From assembly GCF_021869535.1 (NCBI RefSeq), contig NW_026262675.1, forward strand, positions 2,728,001-2,792,000: 64,000 bases of DNA, read 5' to 3'. Below are positions 1 through 13,721 of this stretch, one piece after another (positions within the stretch are counted from its first letter, which is position 1; every line of letters starts with the position of its first letter). The position numbers were made by a program, and so were the translations under genes. The notes beneath the pieces were generated by a model, which saw only the letters and a list, made by a program, of their open reading frames with translations, was not told the DNA's origin and did no database searches. This DNA comes from Mytilus californianus (lineage: Eukaryota).

Positions 1-302
1 TTTGTTTGTTGTTTTTGTTATTTTTTGTTGTTGCTGCCTTGTGTTCTCTTTTTGTTTTAGTAAAATTCTATTTCATACTTAAGAATCTACTTGGAGATTC
101 TCTCATCTAGCTAGAAGAGGAAGTGTTTCCTTTAATAAATAGGTTTCTCATGACTTCATTTAATTTTAGTTTTTAGTCTTTTCAACATTTTCAAAAAAGA
201 TAAAAACACAAGATGTTTTCAGTTAAAGAAATTCCAAATCAATATTTACAGTTTTCTCAGTGGCAAAATCTATTATCAAATCAAAACATTAATGAGATTT
301 AA

Positions 303-1446
303 AACAAAAGGCTCTCAAAAGCCTGAATCGCTCACCTGTATTTCAGAGGAGAAGATTTTTAAATGTTAGTAAACTTGATGAACAAATTGTGTAAAATTGT
401 CTTTAAAGGGCAATAACTCCTTAAGGGGTCAATTGACAATTTTGGTCATATTAACCTTTTTGTAGATCTTACTTTGCTGAACATTATTGCTGCTTACAGT
501 TTATATATATCTATAATAATATTCAAATAATAACAAAAAACTGCAAAATTTTGTTAAAACTACCAATTCGGTGGCAGCAACCCAACAATGGGTTGTTCGA
601 TTCGTCTGATAATTTCAGGGCTGATAGACCTTGACCAATTAAACAATTTTACCCTATGTCACATTTGCTCTAAAAGATTTAGTTTTTGTGATATAAGCCA
701 AAAACTGCATTTGACCCTTATGTTCTATTGTTAGCCATGGCGGCCATGTTTGTCGATGGATACAAACTGCGGATACAATTTATAAACAAGATCCGCTAAG
801 GAACATTTCGTTAAAGTTTGAAGGTAATTGGCCCAGTAGTTTCAGTGGAGAAGATTTTTAAATGTTAGCAAACTTGATGAACAAATTGTGTAAAATTGTC
901 TTTAAAGGGCAATAACTCCTTAAGGGGTCAATTGAAAATTATGGTCATATTAACTTTTTTGTAGATCTTACTTTGCTGAACATTATTGCTGCTTACAGTT
1001 TATATATAAATCTATAATAATATTCAAAATAATAACAAAAAACTGCAAAATTTTGTTAGTGGCAGCAACCCAACAATGGGTTGTTCGATTCGTCTGAAAA
1101 TTTCAGAGCTAATAGATTTTGACCAATTGAACAATTTTTCCCCATGTCAGATTTGCTCTAAAAGCTTTAGTTTTTGAGATATAAGCCAAAAACTGCATTT
1201 GACCCCTATGTTCTATTTTTAGCCATGGCGGCCATGTTTGTCGATGGATCAAAACTTCGGAAACAATTTATAAACTAGATACCCTAAGGAACATTTAGTT
1301 AAAGTTTGAAGGTATTTGGCCCAGTAGTTTCAGAGGAGAAGATTTTTGAAATAGTTTACGACGACGACGACAGAAGACGGACAACGACGGACGCCAAGTG
1401 ATGGCATAAGCTCACATGGGGCCCCGAAGGGCCCCGGTGAGCTTAA
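303..1446 (-). mobile_element. Helentron-associated non-autonomous element (HINE/DINE-like), family A, two ~490-500 bp internal units
   Basis: On - strand: T-run then AGCTCACC, GC hairpin, (GTC)n/(CGTC)n microsatellite, two tandem units (GAAGATTTTT at 351, 850, 1338), 3' GGTGAGC inverted subterminal repeat plus AGGCT...AGCCT hairpin. Inverted near-copy at 48824-50476. Confidence 0.85.
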
Positions 1447-3455
1447 AAAGAAGCAAACATGGCAGATCTTTGCTTCTGTTTAATATTTTTTGCCATTCTA
1501 TAATATACTCGAGACAATTTAGAATAGACCAGTTTCACATAAGCGACTTATCAACGCTGATCTCAAAATCCTATGCGCGTTTGGGTTTAAATCCCGCGAT
1601 AATTAACGATATCATACGTGACAGGGGGCTACATGAAATTTACTCTGATATTTAGCAACACAATAATAAATCAACTGATAATACACATCTCTCTCTCTTC
1701 ATGGTGTATGCTGGAGAATATTTAATTTTAAGATATTAATAATCGTTTATTTTATATATTCAGAATAAATAGTTTGACCGTTTATACAGAGAATAACATA
1801 AAATTAAAATAAAAAGATGTGATATGATTGCAAACAAGACAACTATCCATTAGAGCCAAATGACAGATGAAAGCAACCATATGTCACCATACAGCTCTCG
1901 ACAATGAGAAAATCCATACCGAATAGTGAGCTCTAAAAGGTCCCGACACAAAACAATTTAAACGAGAAAATAAGTTGCTGTAAAGAGTTCATAACAGTTG
2001 TGTTTATGAGTGAAATGGTTATAAAAAAGTATTAATCTTGTAATTGCTTTCTTTTGCTTACTGCGCTATGTACATTGCTGTATGTCAGTTTGATTTTTCG
2101 TGAAAAGAGAAAAATATTTTGATAAAAAGAAAACAACCTAAACATCAGAAATACATTTAATTTCAGTTCTGTTCCAGTATCAATTAGCAGTTTTTCTTAA
2201 ATATTTTTTCACATCTTCTTGTGACATGCATGTAAATGGTTACATATAGGTTTAGTGTCATAGATTCAAACTTTTGATTTTCTTTTAAACAAAAACAGGT
2301 TACTGTTATGGTGACTTTTGCGTGAAATTTATCTTCAATTTTCAAACATCAGACTATAATACAATGCATTCAATACCATTTTAATTTCTAAGCTATGTAC
2401 ATGATCGACTTCGTCTAAGCAGAGGTTCAGTGCCAGCGGCCAGAGTAATTTTCTACATATTTTCAACCTATCATTTTTCATGCCATTAAAAGTTATTGAA
2501 TATCCTGTATTTACCACGCTTTGCCATTAAATTAGACCAAATTGCTGAATGACCCCCCTCCTAAATTGTTAAAATATTCCCAGTGGCATTAACCGTACTG
2601 GCCATGATATCTCAGTGTAAATTAGGTACCAGGGTTAACACTTTAAACATCTGTTTTAGGGATGACCATTTGATTTTCAGGGGAGGGGTATTTTAGAAAA
2701 TTAATATTCTAGTTGGAGTTAAAAATGAATAATTATGACCAAGGCAGGATGAAAAAGAATAATCCGCAACACAAAATGCAGAAAATAATTGTGTACAAAA
2801 GTTGAATAAATTAATCAAATGGTCGCCCTTTTTCAGTAACTGTATGTATAGAAAAGGATACGTTTTTATCAATTGTCACCTAGTGAGATTGTACAAGGTA
2901 AAACGAGGATTCCACATGGCTAAAGTGTTAATTAACTTCTTAATTTATGACCTAATATATGAAGTGAGCCCTGCTTATTTATCTAATTTATTCTTCTTGT
3001 TAAGCGAACGACCACAGCGTGAATTTGTGACAATAAAAGGTACAATTAAAGCCAGGCGGCATATCAGATCGTATATTACTGCAACCAACAACACAGCAAT
3101 AGTCCGTTTTAAAATCTTTTAATGTGTCATTGTTAATAAAGTTGTCTCGTCAATATAATTTTTATATTTTGATTTAAATGATGCTCATGTTGCTTTGACA
3201 TGTAAACGCAAACACTTAATCAGATGATTGTTTTTTCAAGTCTGCATGGTCACATCAACCGTTAGCCCCCAGTTGATAAACTCTCGGGAATTATCGTGTG
3301 ATTTCATAGTTTGGCTAATTAGATTAGACATGCGCAGTTAAATGTGAAACTGGTGTATTTGACATATTATAGTCAAGACACCTATTTATTGTTGAGAACT
3401 GTAAGCTATCTTCTTTATGTCTTATGGTTATTTCTATTGCCCCAATAATATGAAT

Positions 3456-3755
3456 AAACAAGAATGTGTCCATAGTACAAGATGCCCTACTTGCATTATC
3501 ATTTTCTATGTTCAGTGGACCGTGATATTGGGGTCAAAACTCTAATTTGGCATTAAAATTAGAAAGATCATATCATAGGGAACATGTGTACTAAGTTTCA
3601 AGTTGATTGGACTTCAACTTCATCAAAAACTACCTTGACCAAAAACTTTAACCTGAAGGGGGACAGACGGACGGACGGATGAACGGACAAACGAAAGAAC
3701 GGACTAACAGACTAGAAATATAATGCCACTACTACTATCGTAGGTGGGGCATTAA
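3456..3755 (-). mobile_element. Short HINE/DINE-like element (family C)
   Basis: GGGGCAT subterminal motif with small hairpin at right end, (GACG/GGAC)n microsatellite 3664-3700, GTGTCC..GATGCCC end structure at left end. Confidence 0.7.
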
Positions 3756-6700
3756 GAATATGTGAGGTAAACATTATTGAGACAGGTACCAAATAACCCA
3801 AATAACCAAAGCATATTTAGAAATCAACAAGCAGTCCTCAACAAATGGCAGTTGTTAGTTTATAGCATACAAACAGTTAAGGACTACAGGAGATTTGATA
3901 TATTTGACCTGACGTTTGAAAATATGCAACAAATAATATCCTACATTTGACCTACATTTTGTATATCAAATCCTCTATAAACTGACTGTTAAAACATATT
4001 AAATAAAAATTAATTGAACTCTGTGTAAATATGACAGGGGTAAATAGTAGATCATATCAATCAATTTCAGTTATAATCAGATAGAACATTGGGTAAGCAT
4101 CATTGATCATTTAAAACTCCATTAAGATAGATCCATTGGCAAAAGTCCATTAAATAAGATTTGGTCTAGTAAGTTTACCAAATTTCAATAATAATCAAAA
4201 TACTTTTTTTTCAAAATAATATTGCTCTTTTTTGCTATTAGCCTAAAGTCCATTCAAACGAATAAACTAATACCTTAAGAATCACTCCCCAAAAATGATC
4301 TCTTCTCATTTGGAAACATTATGTTAAAAAAAATTGCAGTATGAAGCCATGATATTTTTTAACAACAATAAGTAATAAATTTTACAAAACTGCATATTTT
4401 GCATCTGAAATAACTAAAAACTGAAACGTCATTTTTTAATTCTAAAGTGGTTCAGAATATTGACAAAATGATTTGAACTTTTAATCCCTCTTCAGTTTCT
4501 GTTCTTAATGTTTGCTAAAGACTTCCTTTATTTTTTAGTAAACAATACTTTGTGCATGTATTTGAAATTATATTGTACAGTTTAAGAAGTTTAAAATAAA
4601 CCACTTTAGAACTTTATAATTCACTCCTTCTTTCCCAACCATCAGCTATGCAAAATGAAATCATTATAAAATATCCCTTAAATAGGTAAATAAAAAGCTC
4701 CCAAAGTTACGAATCCATTTTCTCTTTTATTTTGTCTTAATTTCCCATTCCTAGGTTACAGTTTCTGGATGTCAAAGTGTAAGTTATGCACAATAGATTT
4801 GTTTTGAGATATCCAAGCCTGATTTTCATCCTAGAATTCTGATTCCATTACAAATTCCAGTAATCTATTGAACTTGTCCCTCCCCTTCAAAAAGCTTTAA
4901 AAGAACGAATTCAATAGTATTACCAACCTTATATAAACCATTTATACATGTGATAGACTTCAATGCAATAAACTGTCGCAAAAGTGATATCAAATTATGT
5001 TTAAATTCTTTAAAGACTAGAAAAACAAATAAAATAAGACACTAGTACCTAGCTATTGTCGATTTAATCCAGACAATCAAGATCCAATGAAGTACTTAAA
5101 CTATACAATTATACTACAATAGGCACATTTTGCTATCTTTATAGTACTTATGATAGTCTCTTTCACCTGTTGATAAAAACAGGTAAAATCACCTTGATGA
5201 CAAAGTGCTTATTGATGATTTTAAATGAAAAAGATCCCTAAAATAGATAATTAAATACTTAAAAGTATTCTAAATTTTAAAGATAATTTTTAAATTATCA
5301 ACTTTTACTTTATAGCGAAACGTTCATATTATTTTTTATAACTAATTCCAAATGCTTTCAAAATGAGAAATATTACTTTGTGCAGTAAAGTATCAACACT
5401 ATATCTTTGTACAATGGTAATCAAATATATACTTAATTTAAATTATTGATTTTGTATCACTCTTAGCTAATAAATCCATCATCAAGATCACAGATAATTT
5501 CAAAATATTTCAAAGCAATTGGATAACAATATCACCTGAATATAGATCAATAATTCCATACAAATAAAAGTTATGAAAATGTTTTATATTGAAAATTGAG
5601 ATATCTAAGTGTTGAATATATATTATTTCATGGTGTGAATTAATAATGTATGGGCCTATTTCTATTAAAAACTTTGATTCATAGAAGCATATAAACTTAA
5701 TTTGGCAGCCATCTAGATTTTCTTTTTTGTCCGAACAATGGGTTGTCATTGAAGCTGTTTTAAATTTTATATATAACAGTTCTCTTCAATCACTCACACA
5801 TGCATTAAGAAAAATAGTTAGCTATCTTATTTCATCCCTGATCTTTTGAAATATTAACCAAATTCAATCAATTTGAGTTCCATATTTCTAAACATGCTCT
5901 TTTAGGTCCAAGGAGCTTTCTTTCGAGATTGCCGAATGTTTGTCATAGCTAAAGAATAGAATGTATGTACAAGATTTTGGTTTGGATCATTTGACTGTAA
6001 AATGAAAAACACTATATATTTCATCAATTGGTTAGGACATTTCAATTTTCATAGTTATTAATATCAACACGTTTGTGGATTAGTTTTTGAATGATTAAAC
6101 ACCCTTCCAAAACCTTTGTACTCGATCTAACATTCTTTTCTGAACTGTAAATACTCACTTCACACTTCTGAGTATATAGACAATTTTCCCTATAAGGAGT
6201 CAACTGGCAATTTCATTACTAGTTTTTTCTTGTAGATATTGTCTTGCCAATCATTTTTGCTGTGTAAAAGTTTTCAAGATAATTGCCAAAAACTCCAAAA
6301 ATCATTATCAGAGGCAAAAATTCTTATAAGGTTTTCAGAAATGATTGACTTATTTTGAAGATCTTGTCTGACTGATCTTTTTTGCTGTTTATTGTTTTTA
6401 AGATAAAAACCAACAACACCAAAAAGATTTTTATTGTTTATGGGCAATTATACCTATATTGAGTCAAACACTAATTTAAGTTTTATTTGTAGATGTTGCC
6501 ACTTTGATCACTCTTTCTTTTAAAATTTCTCTCTGTCTTTTATATGTTAAAAGATAATAGCAAAAAAAAAAAAATCGTAAAAATCGTCTGTCAAGGGCAA
6601 TAACTCCAATAGAAGGACAATTGACAATGAATAAACAGAAACATTTGTAGACAATAGCATTCTGATTGTTTCAAGGTGATGTTCTTTTTCTCTTTCTCTT

Positions 6701-9700
6701 ATAATTTTATAGATATAAACCATGAATCTATGCTCATCCCACTGTTCTATTTTTAATACAAAACATATGTAATAAATAATTTGAAGGCAAATCTGATGCC
6801 TTAACAATGCTTTTGAAAGTACAAATGTAAAGCTTAGCTAGGAAATTTTTTTTTACATATAAAATCATAAAAAATCTTGTTTATATTTTGACGATACTAA
6901 ACTACAAAGTACTGTAACTTTACATGACAAAGATTTAAAAATACTTACAATTCAGTCTCAGGACCAATTTATAATATGATTACACAAACCGTTAAATTAT
7001 TTTCCATTGGACAATAACTCTTTAACACTTTAATACGTTATAAGTTATAAATCAATAATTCTGACAGTAAATAAACTTTTATACTGATCTACACAGGTGT
7101 GTAATCAGCTGATTTCTACCTGTAACATTCAAAAGTGAAAATTTCAAATGTCATCAATAAGGTATTGTATCACAAGAGGTCTGATTGTAACCGATAATCA
7201 GTCTCACATTATAAAGTGATTGTCGATTTTTCCTCAATTCATAATTACTTGTTCAGTAATTTGTTAAATATTTTCCCAAAATAATTGGCCATAGATCGAG
7301 TTTAGAGAATCATTGTTAGAAACTTAAATACAATCCTATATGGGAAACTAAGATGTATGAGGCACTAAGTGACATTTAGTCAAATCATTTATCTATAAAC
7401 ATATAGGTGGAAAGATCAAGGTAAAATTATCTTGGAGGATACAACTATTTTATGCCTCCATAAGCACTTTACCTTCATCAGGAATGCTCAAAGCCAAATA
7501 TTTGAGAGCCAATGATGTATAAGAACTGAAAATACCTTTTAATCCATTAACTTATTAGCTGGTATCAAGACAAACCACATGAAAAAGGAGTAAACCAACT
7601 AACAATGAGAAAAAAGAATATGGGTAGATGTACAATAGACAACAATGTTATGAAATACTAAAGTATACTACATATCAAAGGAACTGTGCTTTTATTGCTT
7701 TTTTTCATCTTCAAGGCCATAAAAAATACTATTCAACACAGAAGCAGGAAACCAGGAGACAATATTTGTACACTATATAAAATATATTTGATTACAAGTT
7801 AATTGTACAAAAAGTTGCAGAATACAATCAAATAGATTGCATAAAATAATGATGGAAGCTTCCTACAAAAATGTCAGTCCTGTTTTGACAAAATCGAATT
7901 ATATTTTATGTGTTTTATAAAATATCAGGATTCTAATATGACAGAAATTGCTACACACCTTTCAACAAATTTTAAAACTATGGCAAAAATCCAAATCATA
8001 TTTGAACTTTTTTTCTGAATAAATGTTCAAATTGCCATTTGTGGTCACACTTTCAAGATTAGAGATAAAACATTCACATAAAACCTTACCTTCTTATATA
8101 TATACTGTTAGAAGAACCTGTATGATTTGTTTCCCTAATAATGTGGCTATGCAAGAATACATACTCAATAATTCTTAAAATATACAATTTTAATATATGT
8201 TCAAGTTTTATTTATTTATTTCACAAACTGAAAGATTAAGTTATGGCTGATTTGTTTACTTCTAAAGTATAAGTAAGATTTTCTAAAATAGGAAGATATA
8301 TTAAAAAATAATTGAGATAAATACATTCATTGATATCAAACCTTTATAAATAGATTAAAATATAATACATACATCATGAATCTGTAGTTGTGTCTAAATG
8401 CAATATTCTCTCTTGGAGTATTTAAATGAGTTTTGACTTGCTTAACACAAAGCCTTTCACTAATGTTAATTGCAATAAATTCTTTCATACAAACAATTGA
8501 GACAAAAGACAATAGTAAGGACATTCTATGTTAGTAAATCAGGGTAACTTTTACCAAACAATTAACTTACGGTATACTTCATTTCACACCAACAGTGATC
8601 AACGGGTCTAATTCAGCCATAGTGTACTTCAATCCAATTAGACAATCTCCAGCCGATCAAAGATTAACCATTGTCAAGATTTTTAAACTACAACGAAAAT
8701 TAGATCTAAATCTCCAAATATTTCTAACTATTAATTTATAAACATGTACCTTACCACAAGTTACGTTACGGTTATTTGTTTAATCTTTCTTAATCTGGAC
8801 TAATTGTTCAATTCTGGGGATCAATGCTACATATTTGATTGGGCAATGATTACAAGTAATAAATATTTGTATTAAATCTCTTTGATGGAATCTTGCTGTA
8901 TAAAACTGCACGGATATATATCAAGATAAAATATGCCAGGTTATTTCTATCAGAATCATTCAAATAGGTTTAAGCAAATACACCATGTAAATCAATCAAT
9001 AAAAAAGTTTTGAATTACACGTATAAATTTAACTTTTAAATTGACATACCTGTATCAACTAATTTTGAGTTTCTAATGTAGGATGCAAATTAATTGATAA
9101 AATGATCAATGGAATTAGCTACAGAAATTGTGAAAATCTTTAACAGATATATGCTTTTTGAAATAAACATAAATAAATTTGCCAGTGCCAAGTTGGAATG
9201 GTACTCCTTACTTCAAACTAAGGGATGGATGGACCTTTCATGACAAAAAAAAGTCCACAACACTCAAGACCAGATTACAAATAAATCAAAAATGAAAAAG
9301 CTTTTGTGAACAAGATCACATACTTCATGTCACCAACATAATCAAAATGGAATATTTTTACAAATCCTAGTCCCCAAAAATGGTTCCTAAGTACCAAAAT
9401 CATCATAGATTTTGAAGATTGGACTGGAAACCTTCATACAAATGAGAAGAAAATCTGATAAAAAGTGAAGGCTTTATCCTGGAAACGAAAATAAATTTAA
9501 GAAGTCTCCCTCCCACTCGTTTCAGATTTTTCTGTTCATCAAAATTCATTCAAATTTCCATGAGGATGTGACAAAATATGTAGGTGCTATCCAGCTATCA
9601 AAAATTAAGAGCAGTTGCTTTGGTACCTAAATCTATAAAAGTTTCAATGAATTCAATCACTAGTTCAAAAGGAGTGAAAATATAAAGTGTGGTAGACAAA

Positions 9701-10915
9701 GGTATAGATAAACAACTCAACAAGCAGATGGACAAAAGGATCACTATATATATAGCTTCTTCAACTTGGCTATAAGAAAATAAATTTTATCAGTGTTACA
9801 AAAGAATGAAAATCAAATACGAGTCATCCTTTTTCATAAACACAGATACTGAGATCTTAATGTCACAAGTTTAGCAATCGAGTGTAATCCTACAACCTTT
9901 TAACTGTGCATAGATTTAACTTATTCAACCCCATATTGACATTTGAAACCATCTTTTTCAGAAAGAAAATTCAAATGTAGCTGATACATTTTAATTCACT
10001 TTTTTATTTGTTTTGCGCTAAAAGTAAGTACACAAAAAATATTATAAATCTATTTAGACAATGAAATGTCTCTGTCCTAGAAAATATAAACAACTTCTGG
10101 TTAACAGATTAGACTAAAATGGGAAATCAGAAAAGTAGTCATAGTTATGCTTTGAAAACTTATTTATTTAAATTTAACGTAATTTGATTGAAATACAAAT
10201 CCTGAGTCCGTCCTTCACTTAAAAGGATCTGACAATGTTCTGCTTTACTTTCTGTTTTAAAGACCTTTCGGGATCCTCTGGTTTTGTTGTTCGTAAATTT
10301 GAAGGCTGAAAATTCATTAGCTGATGTTATAATTATAATAAGGGAAAGTAGAACAGTATGACTGCAGAGTTCTTGAAAACTGTCAGTTCTGTCTGTCCTG
10401 ATCTCAAAAACTCAGTCACATCAACCAATTTTGAGTGTAATGGTGTCCATGTTAAAGTTTGTGGTTGTTTTATTCGTATTTAGGCTTATTCGTATTTAGC
10501 ATAGCTTATAATTACAATGTATATCAATATCTGATTTAAATACATATAACATATTTAAATTCAAAAAAAAATATTACTTAAAGGAGAACAATGATACAGG
10601 GATTACATATTATAATGTAGTTTTCATTCAATACATCAGAGCAAATTAAGCAAGAAAAGCATCGAAACATCATGGTATATAAAAAATGAGGAATTGCTTT
10701 TGGTTGTTTTGTTACTTACAGTTTTTTGTAACCATATGAATGAGATTTCTGAGATCCAGGGGAGACAACTCTTGCTTATCTCCATAACACCAAGCATAGG
10801 CTTAAAACTGTAAAAAAATATATAAGAAATTCAATAAAATGGAATTAGGGACATAGGAATATATACCCAGAATGTTAAAAATGCAAGGCTTCAAAAAATA
10901 GAATAGTTCTTAAAC

Positions 10916-11061
10916 TTTTTATGCCCCTGTCGTAGCGGAGGGGGCATTAAGTTTTACCCTTGTCCCTCTGTACGTCCGTACGTATGTCCCAAAATTGGTT
11001 TCCGTTCTCTAACTTTAGTTTGCCTCGACCAAATGTTATGAAACTTATACACAATGCTTAT
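10916..11061 (+). mobile_element. Truncated 5' part of HINE family B
   Basis: TTTTTATGCCCC start, (CGTA/CGTC) microsatellite and first part of the core unit; clearly homologous to 31782-32225. Confidence 0.75.
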
Positions 11062-13436
11062 TTGTTGAGTATTTAATATTCTATAAAACCAAATCAAAAT
11101 CATAATCTGTCAACATACTTGAAACTGTTTTTACATTGAAAGTTCTTTCACCTTCCATATGAATAAAAGACGATGGTCATATGAAAATGCCCCTACCAGC
11201 TTGGGATAGAATTTTCTTTGATAATTATATTTTTTTTATTTTGGCATCGAATTAAAATAACTTATTTTAGGAAAAGTGTTCCATTACCTGATATTCAGTA
11301 CCACTATTTTAATAGTTTGCTTTTGACCCTTCAATCAATAGTATATTTATGTGAGTAAGTGGAGCTTAGCAAGATTGGTGTCTGCATCCTCATTAAACGA
11401 GTTAAAGCATTTTAGGAAAGGAATCATAATTGCAGTTCAATCCTAAATAAATACTTAAGCATTGTCATCTGCTTTAAATAAAAATGTCACATAAAGCCAG
11501 AATTCTTCTTCACTTTCATGCTATAAACTAAATAATAGAGATGTTGAGATGGGGGATGTATTAAGTTTAGTTTTGTTCATGCTGATTAAGCTTCTGTCTG
11601 AGCCCATTGTGGTCTGTTTTTAGCAATGACACAGTTTAAACTGTAAACCTCTAAATGGTTTCCTGCAGTGGATTATGTGGCATTTCAGAATACAGGAAAC
11701 AGTTCTAGTTTTTCATTGCTCAGCCTCTGCAAAATGAAAGCTCAACAATTTTGTGCTCATTATTTTGTGTGTATGGATTCAAAGAAATGTTTCACAAAGT
11801 AAAAAAAACTTGATTTTTGTTTTTTACTAAATGGTACTATATAAATCCTTGGTAAATGTAATGATGGTATATGACAATTCATGACAAGATTACACTAATC
11901 TAGTCATAAAATACTTATTTTAGTAAGATTTCGACAACTGTTACCTTGTATTTATAGCTATTTGTTTAAACCAGTGATGGGACGAATGGCGATAAGACGG
12001 TTCAACCTGTTATGTAGGGATCCACCTAAAGAAATTTTTTTCGTCATCAGTTCCAACCACATATGTTCTTCAAGCGATTATTAAATAAAGATTTACTAGT
12101 TTGTTTAACCAGATGGATGCTGGGTCATTTTACAGATTTAAACAAGATAAATTAGACAAGCCGTTACTGAGTCGTTACTGAAATATAAATATTTAGTTCA
12201 AATTGAAACAATTTTTTAAAGAAAATTTGATAAAACGAATAGAAATTGAAGAATGCCAACTGAACATGTGAGCTGTAAAATCTAGAAAATGGTCAAGAAT
12301 TATATGACTATATAAGTTTGTTTTATCCAACTTCAATAATCATGTAAGAAACCTTTTGAAAACTGGATAATTACTTTTAACTGAATCATATAAAGATTGA
12401 TTGATTATTGGTTGCTTAACATCCAGTGGCAAATATTTCATGCATGTTCAGGACGAAATCATATAAAGATAGAAAGGGCCTGTTTAAATTGTGTTATACA
12501 TGTTATAGGATATGTAGGAGACATCTTTTGAGAATACAAAAACAGTATTTTTTTCTCAAAGACTAGAAAGGTTAATAATAGCATGAAATGTATGTTCATA
12601 TGCATTTACATTCAAGGTGCAATACAAGGAAATTACTGAGAAAGAGATGTATTCTAATTTGCATTCACAAAACACAAATTATAAGCAGGTTCATGTCCCC
12701 CCTCCTACATTTATATAGATATATGACAAAGCTAGAATGCTGTGCTGTGTAAAACAACATACAATTTTGGGTACAGATGACTATCTAGGGTTTGAAAACC
12801 ACCCTCTATTCATGCATTAATCTATGGGGAAATCCCTACCCATTCTTACATTTGAAAAGAAAATTACAACCCAATCAAAATGTAAATATATATTTCCCAG
12901 CTAAAATGACATCTTATTTAGACGTTAACCACATGAAATCCATGAAATCGTTCATTTTTATTAGATAAATAGATTATGAAACAGTTTTGACAGACATCTT
13001 AACAAAAGATGAACATTAAAGAACCATGGACATATAAATGTCTACCCATTGTTATATTTGACATTCCAAAAAAAGTTACCCATACCAGCGGCACATCTTT
13101 GTATATAACTTTATATAGGAAGAGACACCCTTCCTTTATAAGTCTATAATATAGTTATTGATATTTTAACTGAAAAGGATAAACCATCTACCAGTCACCG
13201 ACATCGGTCGTTACAGCTATTTTCTTATTTTCTTTAAGAAACCCCACTACTGAAGAAGAATATAATACACCTTTAATATCGCTATTTGTTCGCCATTATT
13301 GGACATCACAAAAGTTCTCGTAAAATGTTGACGTCATCATAGAAAATGTCTGACGCCACAATGGAAAAGTGATTGTTGTATGAAGTTAATAGTTCAAGAG
13401 GCGCAGATTCTCGGGTCAAGCGGCGCAGATTACCAA

Positions 13437-13470
13437 CAGAGACATATAATACATGTATTATATGTCTCTG
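13437..13470. mobile_element. Micro-MITE copy 1 (34-bp perfect palindrome, TIR CAGAGACATAT)
   Basis: CAGAGACATATAATACATGTATTATATGTCTCTG flanked by TTACCAA at 13430-13436 and 13471-13477 (7-bp direct repeat). Confidence 0.85.
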
Positions 13471-13721
13471 TTACCAAATAGCGTCCCTGAAAACGTTATG
13501 ACAATTCTGACTATGGTGGCGGGAAGTTGGATCTTTCATTCGGTTTTTATGATGCTGCATCCATTTTTTATGTAGGCTACCACTTGAATTTGTACATGTC
13601 CTTTTGGCTACCACTTGAATTTGTCCACAGGCACAGGTCGTTTTACAACTTTAGGGACTCTAGAAGGTAGGGGACAGTAACATGAGATGTGTGTTTAAAT
13701 TTCAGTCTGAATAAATCGAGT

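Noticed and set aside
1416-1655. 79-aa ATG ORF
   Set aside because: The ATG comes from the HINE terminal hairpin; no homology or splice support.
5500-6310. Stretch that reads like decayed coding sequence on the minus strand
   Set aside because: Many stops and frameshifts and no motif I can name; needs a frameshift-aware search.
9180-9560. Possible decayed ORF or LINE tail on the plus strand
   Set aside because: Interrupted by stops; similarity to RTE C-termini too vague to support.
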